Below, piece after piece: positions 56,394-64,000 of a DNA stretch of 64,000 bases; position 1 is the stretch's first letter; each line of letters begins with the position of its first letter. The notes beneath the pieces were generated by a model. It worked only from the letters and a program-made list of their open reading frames with translations. It had not been told where the DNA came from and ran no database searches. Origin of the DNA: an uncultured Lentisphaerales bacterium (GTDB lineage Bacteria; Verrucomicrobiota; Lentisphaeria; JABSQK01; UBA12247); assembly GCA_943788985.1 (NCBI GenBank), contig CALSSJ010000005.1, positions 32,001-96,000 on the forward strand, read 5' to 3'. The position numbers and the translations under genes are program-made.

Positions 56394-57017
56394 TTAGGAC
56401 CAGACCTCTTCTTTCACCGTCAGTTCATCACGCGACACCAAGTAGCCGACGCTTAACTCTACCTCGTAGCCAGCGTACTCAAGGCTGACCTTCTTATCGC
56501 CAGCGGTGCCGTCCACATACATGATTGGCTCGCCAGGTACGACTGGAAATCCGACTTGGCCCTGGACGCCGACAATCTGCGCTGAACCCTTCTCCGTGAC
56601 GGTCATGCTTTGCTCACCAATTTGGATCGTTGCCCCGGCTCTGGCCCTTCGGTAAGGCGGTGCGTCTGCCGTAACAGCGGTGCGGTCGAAATAGGTAAAC
56701 ACGCCTGCGTCTTCTTGGAGCCAGCCTGATTCGCCGTTCTCAAAGCTCAAGAACCACTCGTCCCACTGGCCGTCTCCGTAGCTGTAGCGCAGCCGTCCGA
56801 TGGCGCTAAAGAGGCGGCCTTTCAGGGTGCCGCGGGCATCCAGGTAGAACATGCTCGGCATGGGGGTAAGCGCCGCCACGCAGCCGCTGGCTGTAAGTGT
56901 ATCATCTACCAGTACCGAGACATTTGCGCAGAAATCACAGGCGACAACTCGCACGAAGCGGTTTTTTACTGGGAGTGGGGCACCGCAGGTCGGGCAACGA
57001 TAGTCGTCATTCCACAT
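56394..57017 (-). CDS. DUF4178 domain protein with zinc ribbon
   Basis: CPTCG...CDFC and GRLRY.Y..G.WDEWFL...GWL.ED motifs. Confidence 0.8.
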   Translation of the reverse strand: MWNDDYRCPTCGAPLPVKNRFVRVVACDFCANVSVLVDDTLTASGCVAALTPMPSMFYLDARGTLKGRLFSAIGRLRYSYGDGQWDEWFLSFENGESGWLQEDAGVFTYFDRTAVTADAPPYRRARAGATIQIGEQSMTVTEKGSAQIVGVQGQVGFPVVPGEPIMYVDGTAGDKKVSLEYAGYEVELSVGYLVSRDELTVKEEVWS

Positions 57018-57069
57018 AGGTATGTCACTCGACTGAGAGCAGCTCGCAAAAATCGCACTTGGGACGAAA

Positions 57070-57143
57070 TGGAGCGGGTAGAGGGAATCGAACCCTCACA
57101 ACCAGCTTGGAAGGCTGGGGCTCTACCGTTGAGCTACACCCGC
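57070..57143 (-). tRNA. tRNA-Gly(TCC)
   Basis: Minus strand GCGGGTGTAGCTCAACGGTAGAGC...cTTCCAAg...GGTTCGATTCC...CCCGCTCCA; cloverleaf with encoded CCA. Confidence 0.97.
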
Positions 57144-57282
57144 ATCATCAAGCGACGAAACGATACGATAGCGGATCATTTGTAAATCGCCAGCGACAAC
57201 GTCGAAGGGATCCGAAGGACTTGCAATCACCGTGCTGGAAAGCAGGTTATGACATTACGATTTAAGCGGGAGATTTCGGCCG

Positions 57283-58389
57283 ATGTCCAGACAAATCCTG
57301 ATGATAAGCTTCCTCCTTGCAGCCTTTGCTGTGGGCGCCGCAGAAATGACGCTGGAAGGCATTGCGGGGAAATGGAAGCTGCAGCAGCAGAAGCCGTCAA
57401 AAGCCCAGCTTTGGATTGAACAGCAGCGTCTACAGGGCGGCTCTGAGGAGTACTTGCAACAGTTGCAGGCACGGATCGAGGTGATCGAAGGGCAACTGAC
57501 GCGTGATGCAGAGATTATTGAGATCCAGGGCACGGAGCTGACGGTGCATCGGTTCGATAGCGCGTTTCGCTTTCCGATGAAGGAAAGCCGCCGTTTCTTC
57601 CTGCAGGAAAACGCGATGGTTTTTGCCGATGGTGGGCCGAAGCGGCTGGTGAAACTGGGCAAGACCACCATGCTGCACGTGGTCGATGCGGACTCCGCAA
57701 CCAAGACACCAAAGATTCGCTACCTGTATCGTCGCGTAGCAGGGGAGCAGCCACCTGCCCCTGAGCCGAAGCCGCAGGTTATGCCCGTCCCCGAGCCAGT
57801 TGCCGTCCCCGAGCCCGAGCCGGAACCAGTGGTATTGCCGGAGCCGATCGCTCCAGAAGACCTGAGCTTGCCGCCGGTGAAAGAAGAGTTTCAGATTCTT
57901 GCGGATGCGCCACCGGCGTTCGAAGTGCCCCCAGCCATTGTGGATGATCCGCTGCCAGATGCGGCGATCCCGAATGTGCCCGCTCAAGATGACTTTGAGC
58001 TCCCAGATCCCTTGGCCGAGCTGCCGCCGCCGGAGCCACTGGCAATCGATCGCCCAGAACCCGCAGCGCCGCCAGCCACCGCGAAAGAGCGCGAGTCCTG
58101 GACTCGCAAATCAATCAGCGCGATGGCCGAGTCGGAGTTTCCTGATGACATCGGCCTGCACTGGGAAGTGATCAACTTCTCCGAACGCGATGGCTACTCC
58201 TTTGTCGAGGTGGCACCACGTCCAGCTGTCATGTCGTATGACCGGTTCGTGTTTGCGATTTCGTTTGCCGTTGGTGTGCCGAAGAGTCCAGCTGCCACCT
58301 ACGCGTTCGAAGCAGGTGCCTACTCGCTGCTGAGCACCGCACCCAATGTAGAGGACGGGGCATTCCCCGATATCCTGCGTCTCTGGTAG
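57283..58389 (+). CDS. Exported hypothetical protein with Pro/Glu-rich linker
   Basis: Signal peptide and two globular regions joined by a PEPEP-rich spacer. Confidence 0.7.
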   Translation: MSRQILMISFLLAAFAVGAAEMTLEGIAGKWKLQQQKPSKAQLWIEQQRLQGGSEEYLQQLQARIEVIEGQLTRDAEIIEIQGTELTVHRFDSAFRFPMKESRRFFLQENAMVFADGGPKRLVKLGKTTMLHVVDADSATKTPKIRYLYRRVAGEQPPAPEPKPQVMPVPEPVAVPEPEPEPVVLPEPIAPEDLSLPPVKEEFQILADAPPAFEVPPAIVDDPLPDAAIPNVPAQDDFELPDPLAELPPPEPLAIDRPEPAAPPATAKERESWTRKSISAMAESEFPDDIGLHWEVINFSERDGYSFVEVAPRPAVMSYDRFVFAISFAVGVPKSPAATYAFEAGAYSLLSTAPNVEDGAFPDILRLW

Positions 58390-58396
58390 CCACGCG

Positions 58397-59818
58397 CTAC
58401 GCGATCTGGCCGTGCCGTAGCCAGAGGCGACCGTTGCTGAAGCCCCAGTGCACCATGCCGTTGGGAAGCTCAATGTAGGTATAGGTGCGCTGAAGTGGCT
58501 CGTGCCACCAGGCGGTCGCAAGACGCCACTGGCCCAAGATACGCCCGCGGGGTTGAACCATCGGCTGCGGAGTTGTCTCGACGCGCCGGACCAAGCAGGG
58601 GACGCCGTCTTGGGGCTTGGGGGCCTGCAGTTGAGCAAACTCCTGCCAGCATACCTGGAGCTCGGGCTGATGGCTATCTTGCGGAATTGCATGCTGGACG
58701 CAGGCCTCGCCAAACTGAGCGCGAATCTCGGCCAATGCCTCGGCTGCCTGGTCCTGATCACGGGGGCTATGCTCGGCGAAGAGTAGCAGTTGCTCTGCTT
58801 CTCGCGGGACGTCCTCGGTCTCTAGCTGCAGTGTGGTGATCGCGGTCTCGCAGGACACCGTGGCTACGCGCAGCCGCAGCAAGAGCAGCAATTGCGGCAG
58901 GCTGACGGTGGGGCCCGCAGGCTGAATCGTGACTGTCTGCTCCTCGTTGTCCTCGAACGTAAGGTGCAGGACGACCCGTCGCACGGCTAGGGACCGGCGC
59001 GTACAACGCTCGAGGTGCGAAGTCAGCATCTCCTCGCAGTTGGCCAAGATCTGCTGCTCGTTATCGATGGGCGGGCTGAAGTCGCACCGCTGCACAGTCG
59101 GCGCCATCAGCGGGACCGGCTGGAGCGGGAGATAGAGCATGTCGGCCAGGCGCTGATGCCAGCGTTGGGCATCGCGTCCGAGTCGTCGGCGCAATTCTCC
59201 GGCAGGGATCGCCAGCAACTCGGCCACAGTCCTAACCCCGAGCTTATCCAGAATGCGGGTGGCGGCTTTGCCCAAGGCCAGCGCGGACAGCGGGACCCGG
59301 CCCGTGGCGTTCTGCTCTGCCTCCACGTTGACAAAGGCAAAAGCACCAGACCAGCTATGGGCGATGGCATAGGTCCCGTAGCGGCTGAAACCAGCCACCA
59401 CTGTGGCCCGATACCCCAGCAGGTCCAGGCCGCTCTGCACCGCCCGGCTCCACTGCAGCGGCGAGTCATACAGGCGCTCAAAGCCGGCACAGCGCAGCCA
59501 GAAAACACCTGGCTCTCCAGCTGGCTCGACATCCGGACTGAACTCCTGCAGCAGCTCGATCAGCTCACGCCTCGCCTCGGTATCTTGCGAGGGATCAATC
59601 GCTCCGGCACGCAGGCCCGGCACCAATGCCAGCGCCGCTGCATAGCGCATGCCCGCCTTGAGCCCAAGTTGCCCGGCGCTCTGGTTGAGTTGCAGAATTG
59701 CCCCGGCGGCCTGCTGGCGGTCGACCACGACTACGGGATCGCCTGCCCAGCCGGGATGCCCGCGCAACAGCTGCTGTAGGGAAAAGGCAGGAAGTCTAAT
59801 GCAGGCCAGTCGATCCAT
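58397..59818 (-). CDS. imuB: ImuB-like Y-family polymerase homologue
   Basis: GL.AGM....ALAL.P.L, FSP.VE and LG...VAEL patterns, WW near the C-terminus; overlaps imuA. Confidence 0.8.
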   Translation of the reverse strand: MDRLACIRLPAFSLQQLLRGHPGWAGDPVVVVDRQQAAGAILQLNQSAGQLGLKAGMRYAAALALVPGLRAGAIDPSQDTEARRELIELLQEFSPDVEPAGEPGVFWLRCAGFERLYDSPLQWSRAVQSGLDLLGYRATVVAGFSRYGTYAIAHSWSGAFAFVNVEAEQNATGRVPLSALALGKAATRILDKLGVRTVAELLAIPAGELRRRLGRDAQRWHQRLADMLYLPLQPVPLMAPTVQRCDFSPPIDNEQQILANCEEMLTSHLERCTRRSLAVRRVVLHLTFEDNEEQTVTIQPAGPTVSLPQLLLLLRLRVATVSCETAITTLQLETEDVPREAEQLLLFAEHSPRDQDQAAEALAEIRAQFGEACVQHAIPQDSHQPELQVCWQEFAQLQAPKPQDGVPCLVRRVETTPQPMVQPRGRILGQWRLATAWWHEPLQRTYTYIELPNGMVHWGFSNGRLWLRHGQIA

Positions 59819-60413
59819 GTACCGTCACCGTATGAATCGGGCTTTCTGGGCGATCCGCGTCGCAGACTTGGATGCAAAACCTACCGTTAGGGAGTGCCTG
59901 CCGCTCGGTGCGCACTTGCACGTGGGCAAGTCGCCATCCGGGGCCACTGCCGCTGTCCTTTTGCGGAGTCAGCAACACGATCACCACCTGATGGCGTTTT
60001 GCGGAGTCCGCAAGCCGTTTTGCCGGGGCTACGGCCAGGTGCTGATCACACTCCACAATCAGCGTGCTGAAGGCTCCAGAGCAGGCCAGGGTCTCGGTCG
60101 CTTGCAGCCGGGCCAGCGGCTCGTCAAGCATCACAAATGGCAACGCCGCCGGGTCGATCCCCCAGCGGTAGAGATCAGGCGGATGCACGCCCGAAGCGGC
60201 TGGTCGAATCCAGGCGCAGAATTGATGGGCCTGCTGCGTCTCGGTGACCAACTCGGCCGCGAGCGCATAGGCAGCGGAGTGGCCACCCCAGCTTAGTTGC
60301 ACCAGGCTGCCGCACAGTGCCTTAAGTGTCCACGTGACGGCACGCGACGGCAGCTCGCTGGCCCGTCGCAGGCTGTTATGTGGCAGCAAACGCTGTAATT
60401 CGGCAATGTCCAC
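59796..60413 (-). CDS. imuA: ImuA-like (RecA-fold) mutagenesis protein
   Basis: Degenerate RecA-like pattern (CAWI...PPDL..WGID...SGAF...RL..AK) directly upstream of imuB. Confidence 0.7.
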   Translation of the reverse strand: MDIAELQRLLPHNSLRRASELPSRAVTWTLKALCGSLVQLSWGGHSAAYALAAELVTETQQAHQFCAWIRPAASGVHPPDLYRWGIDPAALPFVMLDEPLARLQATETLACSGAFSTLIVECDQHLAVAPAKRLADSAKRHQVVIVLLTPQKDSGSGPGWRLAHVQVRTERQALPNGRFCIQVCDADRPESPIHTVTVHGSTGLH

Positions 60414-60538
60414 ACGGACCCCTACGGTATTTAGTTTATACGAAATAATATTAGCATATCAGCAGCATTGCAAGCTCCTTCCGCGCGAACGACTACAGTT
60501 CTCGGATTCTGTTGAATTCACCCCTGCCTGAACAGACC

Positions 60539-62257
60539 ATGGCGAAACGTCGCAGCCGCACAAAACGAAAGACTATCGGCACCGAAGCCGAAGCGCCGGA
60601 CTGGCTTGTCGCCGGTCAGATTGCGCTGGGCTGTCTGCTGCTCTACAGCATGACGCTGTGGTTTGGGTTTTCGCCACTGGATGATTTTGACCTGATCGCG
60701 CGGCGGCTGGAGGATCTTGGGAACTGGGCCAATCTCGGGGATTCGTTCACAAATTCGATTTTCACCAAGGCGTATTATCGGCCGTTGCTGACCTTATCCT
60801 TTCGCTTTGATGCGATTGTGGGTGGGGGTAGTACCGCGATGTTTCACTTTACGAACGTCGTCCTGCACGGGGTCTGCATGGGCTTGCTCTATGCCGCATT
60901 GGTTTCGTTTGGCTTGAGCCGCAAGGCGGCGTTGCTGTGGACGGCCCTGGCGGCAGCACACCCTATTCATGTACATGCCGTGGCCTGGATTCCAGGACGA
61001 AACGACACGATGCAGGCCGCGCTGGCGCTCGGCCTCTGGCTGACTCTGAATCACTGGCGGAACAAGGGGCATGATGCGTGGCTGGTTCCGCACTTCATCC
61101 TCTTCGTGCTGGCGTTGCTGACCAAGGAAAGCGCGATTCTGCTGCCGTTTCTGCTGTTGGCTGCGGACTGGCTGGTGCATCGCGATAAACAGTCGCTGCC
61201 GTACGTGAAACTTGTGGTCGGCTGGACCGTGCTGATCGTGCTCTGGCTGCGAATGCGTGGGGCGTACGCGACGGATCCGAATTTTCAATGGGAGCTGCTG
61301 GATAAAATGCAGCTGATTCTGGCCACCCTCGAGGCATTTACGGTCTACATCGGCAAGTACTTTCTACCGTTCAACCTCGGCATCATGCCCTATCCGCAGG
61401 ATCAAACGCTGATCTTTGGTATGATCGCGATCGTGGTGCTGGCGCTGCTGCTTTGGCGTTGCGGAGTTCGCAACTGGCTGGTGGTGGGATTTGGTGTGAT
61501 CTGGGTGGGCGGGACGTTGCTGTTACCGACGGTGTCGGGGGCCTTGGGCACGACGACCGGGGGAGACATGGAGCATCGCATGTACCTGGGGACGTTGGGC
61601 ATGATCCTTATTCTGACCCAACTGAAACTGCCCGAGACCATTTCAGAGAAGCTGGTCCCGCAGGTGGCTGTAGGAGTGGCGGTATCATTTGCCATTCTGT
61701 CACTGGTGCGCATGCCCGTGTATCGCACGCAGCTGAGTTTTGCGGACTCCGCAGTCCAGACCTCGCCGGGCACGTACTTCACCTATCTGATCCGGGGGCG
61801 GGTGCATCGTCGGGAAGGCCGTCGAGAGGAGGCGCTGGGGGACTTTGAAAAGGCCGTTTCGTTATCGAAGGGCTCGGCTAGCATCTACCTGAGTATGGGC
61901 TTGCTGCACACGGAGATGAAACAGCTGGATAAGGCCATGGACGTTTACACGCGCGGGATCCAGGCGGATGCCAGACAGCAGGGAGACCACATCGTGCATT
62001 CTCTGAACGGCTGTCGGCTGGCCTTGAACCGTGGATCGCTCCACTTCCAGGCTGGAGATTATGACAAGGCCTTTGCGGACTATCAGCTTGTGGTGAGCAG
62101 CTGGCAGGATTGTGGTCCGGCCTGGTTCGGGATGGGGCTGGTGCATCAGATGCGCAAGGAAGATGCGAAAGCGCTGAAGCTCTATCGTCACGCGGCTGCA
62201 CTGGGCGATGAGTCCGCGCAGAAGAAGCTCGCCTCCATGCGGATCGTTCCGAAGTGA
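60539..62257 (+). CDS. TMTC-like GT-C glycosyltransferase with C-terminal TPR repeats
   Basis: LDD acidic loop, YYRPL, FHFTNVVLH, HP.HV.AVAWI.GR, KESA and HRMYL motifs, then TPRs. Confidence 0.8.
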   Translation: MAKRRSRTKRKTIGTEAEAPDWLVAGQIALGCLLLYSMTLWFGFSPLDDFDLIARRLEDLGNWANLGDSFTNSIFTKAYYRPLLTLSFRFDAIVGGGSTAMFHFTNVVLHGVCMGLLYAALVSFGLSRKAALLWTALAAAHPIHVHAVAWIPGRNDTMQAALALGLWLTLNHWRNKGHDAWLVPHFILFVLALLTKESAILLPFLLLAADWLVHRDKQSLPYVKLVVGWTVLIVLWLRMRGAYATDPNFQWELLDKMQLILATLEAFTVYIGKYFLPFNLGIMPYPQDQTLIFGMIAIVVLALLLWRCGVRNWLVVGFGVIWVGGTLLLPTVSGALGTTTGGDMEHRMYLGTLGMILILTQLKLPETISEKLVPQVAVGVAVSFAILSLVRMPVYRTQLSFADSAVQTSPGTYFTYLIRGRVHRREGRREEALGDFEKAVSLSKGSASIYLSMGLLHTEMKQLDKAMDVYTRGIQADARQQGDHIVHSLNGCRLALNRGSLHFQAGDYDKAFADYQLVVSSWQDCGPAWFGMGLVHQMRKEDAKALKLYRHAAALGDESAQKKLASMRIVPK

Positions 62258-63060
62258 TGGACGAGACCTACGCATATCGATTTGGCGGGATTGAGCGCTT
62301 GTATTCAGCAGAGGATTTGGCCTGGCTTGGGCAGGCGCACATCGCCGTGGTGGGCGTGGGCGGCGTGGGAGCCTGGACCGTAGAGGCGCTGGCGCGCAGC
62401 GGCGTCGGCACGCTCACCCTGATCGACTGGGACGACATCTGCATCACCAACGTGAACCGCCAGCTGCACGCGCTGGATGGCACGTTGGGAAAAGCCAAGG
62501 TGGATGTGTTGGCCGAGCGGGTTCGAGCGATAAATCCGTCCTGCACCTGCCACGCGGTACGTGCGTTTTACACGAAGGAGAATGCGGAAGAACTGCTGGG
62601 GCAGGGCTTTGATTGCGTGGTCGATGCCATCGATGGAGTTTCCGCCAAGTGTCATCTGATTGCCAGCTGCCGGCAGCGCAGAATTCGTATCGTGACCGTG
62701 GGGGGCGCAGGCGGTAGAATCGATCCGACGCGCATCGAGACCGCAGATCTCAGTCGGGCCTACAAGGACCCGCTGCTGGCCTATGTGCGTAAAAAATTAC
62801 GACAAAAGTATGAATTTCCACGTGACACCCGGAAACGGTTTCGGGTGGACTGTGTGTTTTCCCCGGAAGAGATCCGGTTGCCTCCGGCCTGTGAGCCCAG
62901 TGAGAACATGCGGCTGGACTGTGCGAGTGGCTATGGTGCCGCGACGTTCGTGACTGGGACCTTTGGCTTTGTCGCTGCGGCCCGGGCGCTGGAACGCGTG
63001 CTCACGCGAAAGCGAGCTACGAGCGAACGACAACTTGCAGCTGAGGAGAATCTCAGCTAG
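62254..63060 (+). CDS. tcdA: tRNA threonylcarbamoyladenosine dehydratase (ThiF/E1-like)
   Basis: VGVGGVG.W..EALARSG, TNVNRQ, DAID, GGAGGRIDP, DPLL..VRKKLR and FVTGTFG motifs. Confidence 0.9.
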   Translation: MMDETYAYRFGGIERLYSAEDLAWLGQAHIAVVGVGGVGAWTVEALARSGVGTLTLIDWDDICITNVNRQLHALDGTLGKAKVDVLAERVRAINPSCTCHAVRAFYTKENAEELLGQGFDCVVDAIDGVSAKCHLIASCRQRRIRIVTVGGAGGRIDPTRIETADLSRAYKDPLLAYVRKKLRQKYEFPRDTRKRFRVDCVFSPEEIRLPPACEPSENMRLDCASGYGAATFVTGTFGFVAAARALERVLTRKRATSERQLAAEENLS

Positions 63061-63114
63061 GAGTACGAGGTTGAACGCCACGCAGCACGGCTGCAATCAT
63101 CCCCGACTGATACT

Positions 63115-63939
63115 ATGATAAAAGCGGATACCTTTCCCGTGATTCGGTTACGCAGCAGATCGTTTACCCTCATTGAATTACTAGTGGTAATCACGATTAT
63201 TGCGATCCTTGCAGCACTTCTTTTGCCAGCACTCTCAAGAGCTAGAGATAGCTCCAGGAACAGTGTCTGCATGAACAATCTGAAGCAGATTGGCTTATTC
63301 GCGGCCATGTATACGGCAGATAACGTGTCTCACTATCCAACCCAGAGCAAGTACGGGGGAAGCAGCTGGGACGATAAATTCAGCGCCTATGACGGCCGCG
63401 TGCTCACAGATGCCGAGATTGCCGAGCCGGCACTGCTGGCATCGGCACTCGGCCGGGACCATGGCCGCAGCTACCGTTGCCCGTCAGACACCGCCGAGCC
63501 AAACGATGACAGGTACATTCGCAAGACCTATTCTCCTACCCAAATGTACGTGTACAACACGCATACAGAGGGACCGGGAACTACCGCTGCATTCCTAGGA
63601 ATCGTGGGCTTTGATCACAACGTAATATCCGGGCGCTACCCATGGGACAGGCTTGCCAGGCAAATGGCTGACATCAATAATCCCGCCCGCAGTATTGCTT
63701 TCACCGAGGATGTGTGGGCGAGCTCTTATTTGGGGAATTCATCCAACTGGGATATGATCAATGCCTCCGACATTTATTCTGATCAGCCTCATCATTTGAA
63801 GATGTTCAATTTTCAAATCGCTGATGGCCACGTGGAGTCAATGATGATGTTCGAAACCCTGATCCGCGATGACGGCACGAGTGCGGGCGCCCACAATGTC
63901 AGCGATACTTGGTGGGACACAAGAAGCAGCCGGCGCTAA
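63115..63939 (+). CDS. Prepilin-type N-methylation domain protein with H-X9-DG motif (PVC pseudopilin family)
   Basis: [28 protein letters not shown]...C.NNLKQIG, YRCPSD and H...[10 protein letters not shown]. Confidence 0.88.
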   Translation: MIKADTFPVIRLRSRSFTLIELLVVITIIAILAALLLPALSRARDSSRNSVCMNNLKQIGLFAAMYTADNVSHYPTQSKYGGSSWDDKFSAYDGRVLTDAEIAEPALLASALGRDHGRSYRCPSDTAEPNDDRYIRKTYSPTQMYVYNTHTEGPGTTAAFLGIVGFDHNVISGRYPWDRLARQMADINNPARSIAFTEDVWASSYLGNSSNWDMINASDIYSDQPHHLKMFNFQIADGHVESMMMFETLIRDDGTSAGAHNVSDTWWDTRSSRR

Positions 63940-64000
63940 CGCCGAGTCTGGCGCAATCCGGGCCACAGCCCCCTCGGATGACGAATTGGGATAAGAAGAT

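Noticed and set aside
57760..57850. cccgagcc repeats as a DNA-level tandem repeat
   Set aside because: Explained by the Pro-Glu linker of the encoded protein.
60414..60538. LexA box upstream of imuA
   Set aside because: The region is AT-rich and promoter-like, but I found no clean palindrome matching a LexA motif I know.

Overview
A GC-rich (~60% by eye) bacterial chromosomal segment, most likely from the PVC superphylum (Lentisphaerota-like; inferred from the sulfatase, the [11 protein letters not shown]9-DG pseudopilins and the PVC-style pilus cluster). It carries many single-base frameshifts that look like long-read consensus errors. In order: a sulfatase; a tandem glycine riboswitch with gcvP; a decayed ankyrin gene; alr; DUF2726, FGE-family and YceH genes; a type II secretion/type IV pilus-like operon (pseudopilin, lipidated secretin, PilM-PilN fusion, PilO-like and PilP-like genes, GspE/PilB ATPase) with a ~2300-aa cadherin/Ig-repeat serine protease gene inside it; a cobalamin riboswitch with a btuB remnant; an AI-2E/TPR fusion; a ~4080-aa FG-GAP adhesin followed by a GT-C, M20, rmlACD and GT2 genes; a small integron-cassette-like relic; a DUF4178/DUF350/aminopropyltransferase/SpeD polyamine cluster next to tRNA-Gly; imuA-imuB; a TMTC-like glycosyltransferase, tcdA and a second pseudopilin. 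The most striking unexplained signal is a 15-bp palindrome, TTGCG-RASTY-CGCAA, seen as 12 perfect and about 8 single-mismatch copies across the window, mostly inside genes and in all three reading frames. The second is a C-terminal GWNL...YW tandem module shared by the two giant exported proteins, a candidate sorting signal for the local secretion system.
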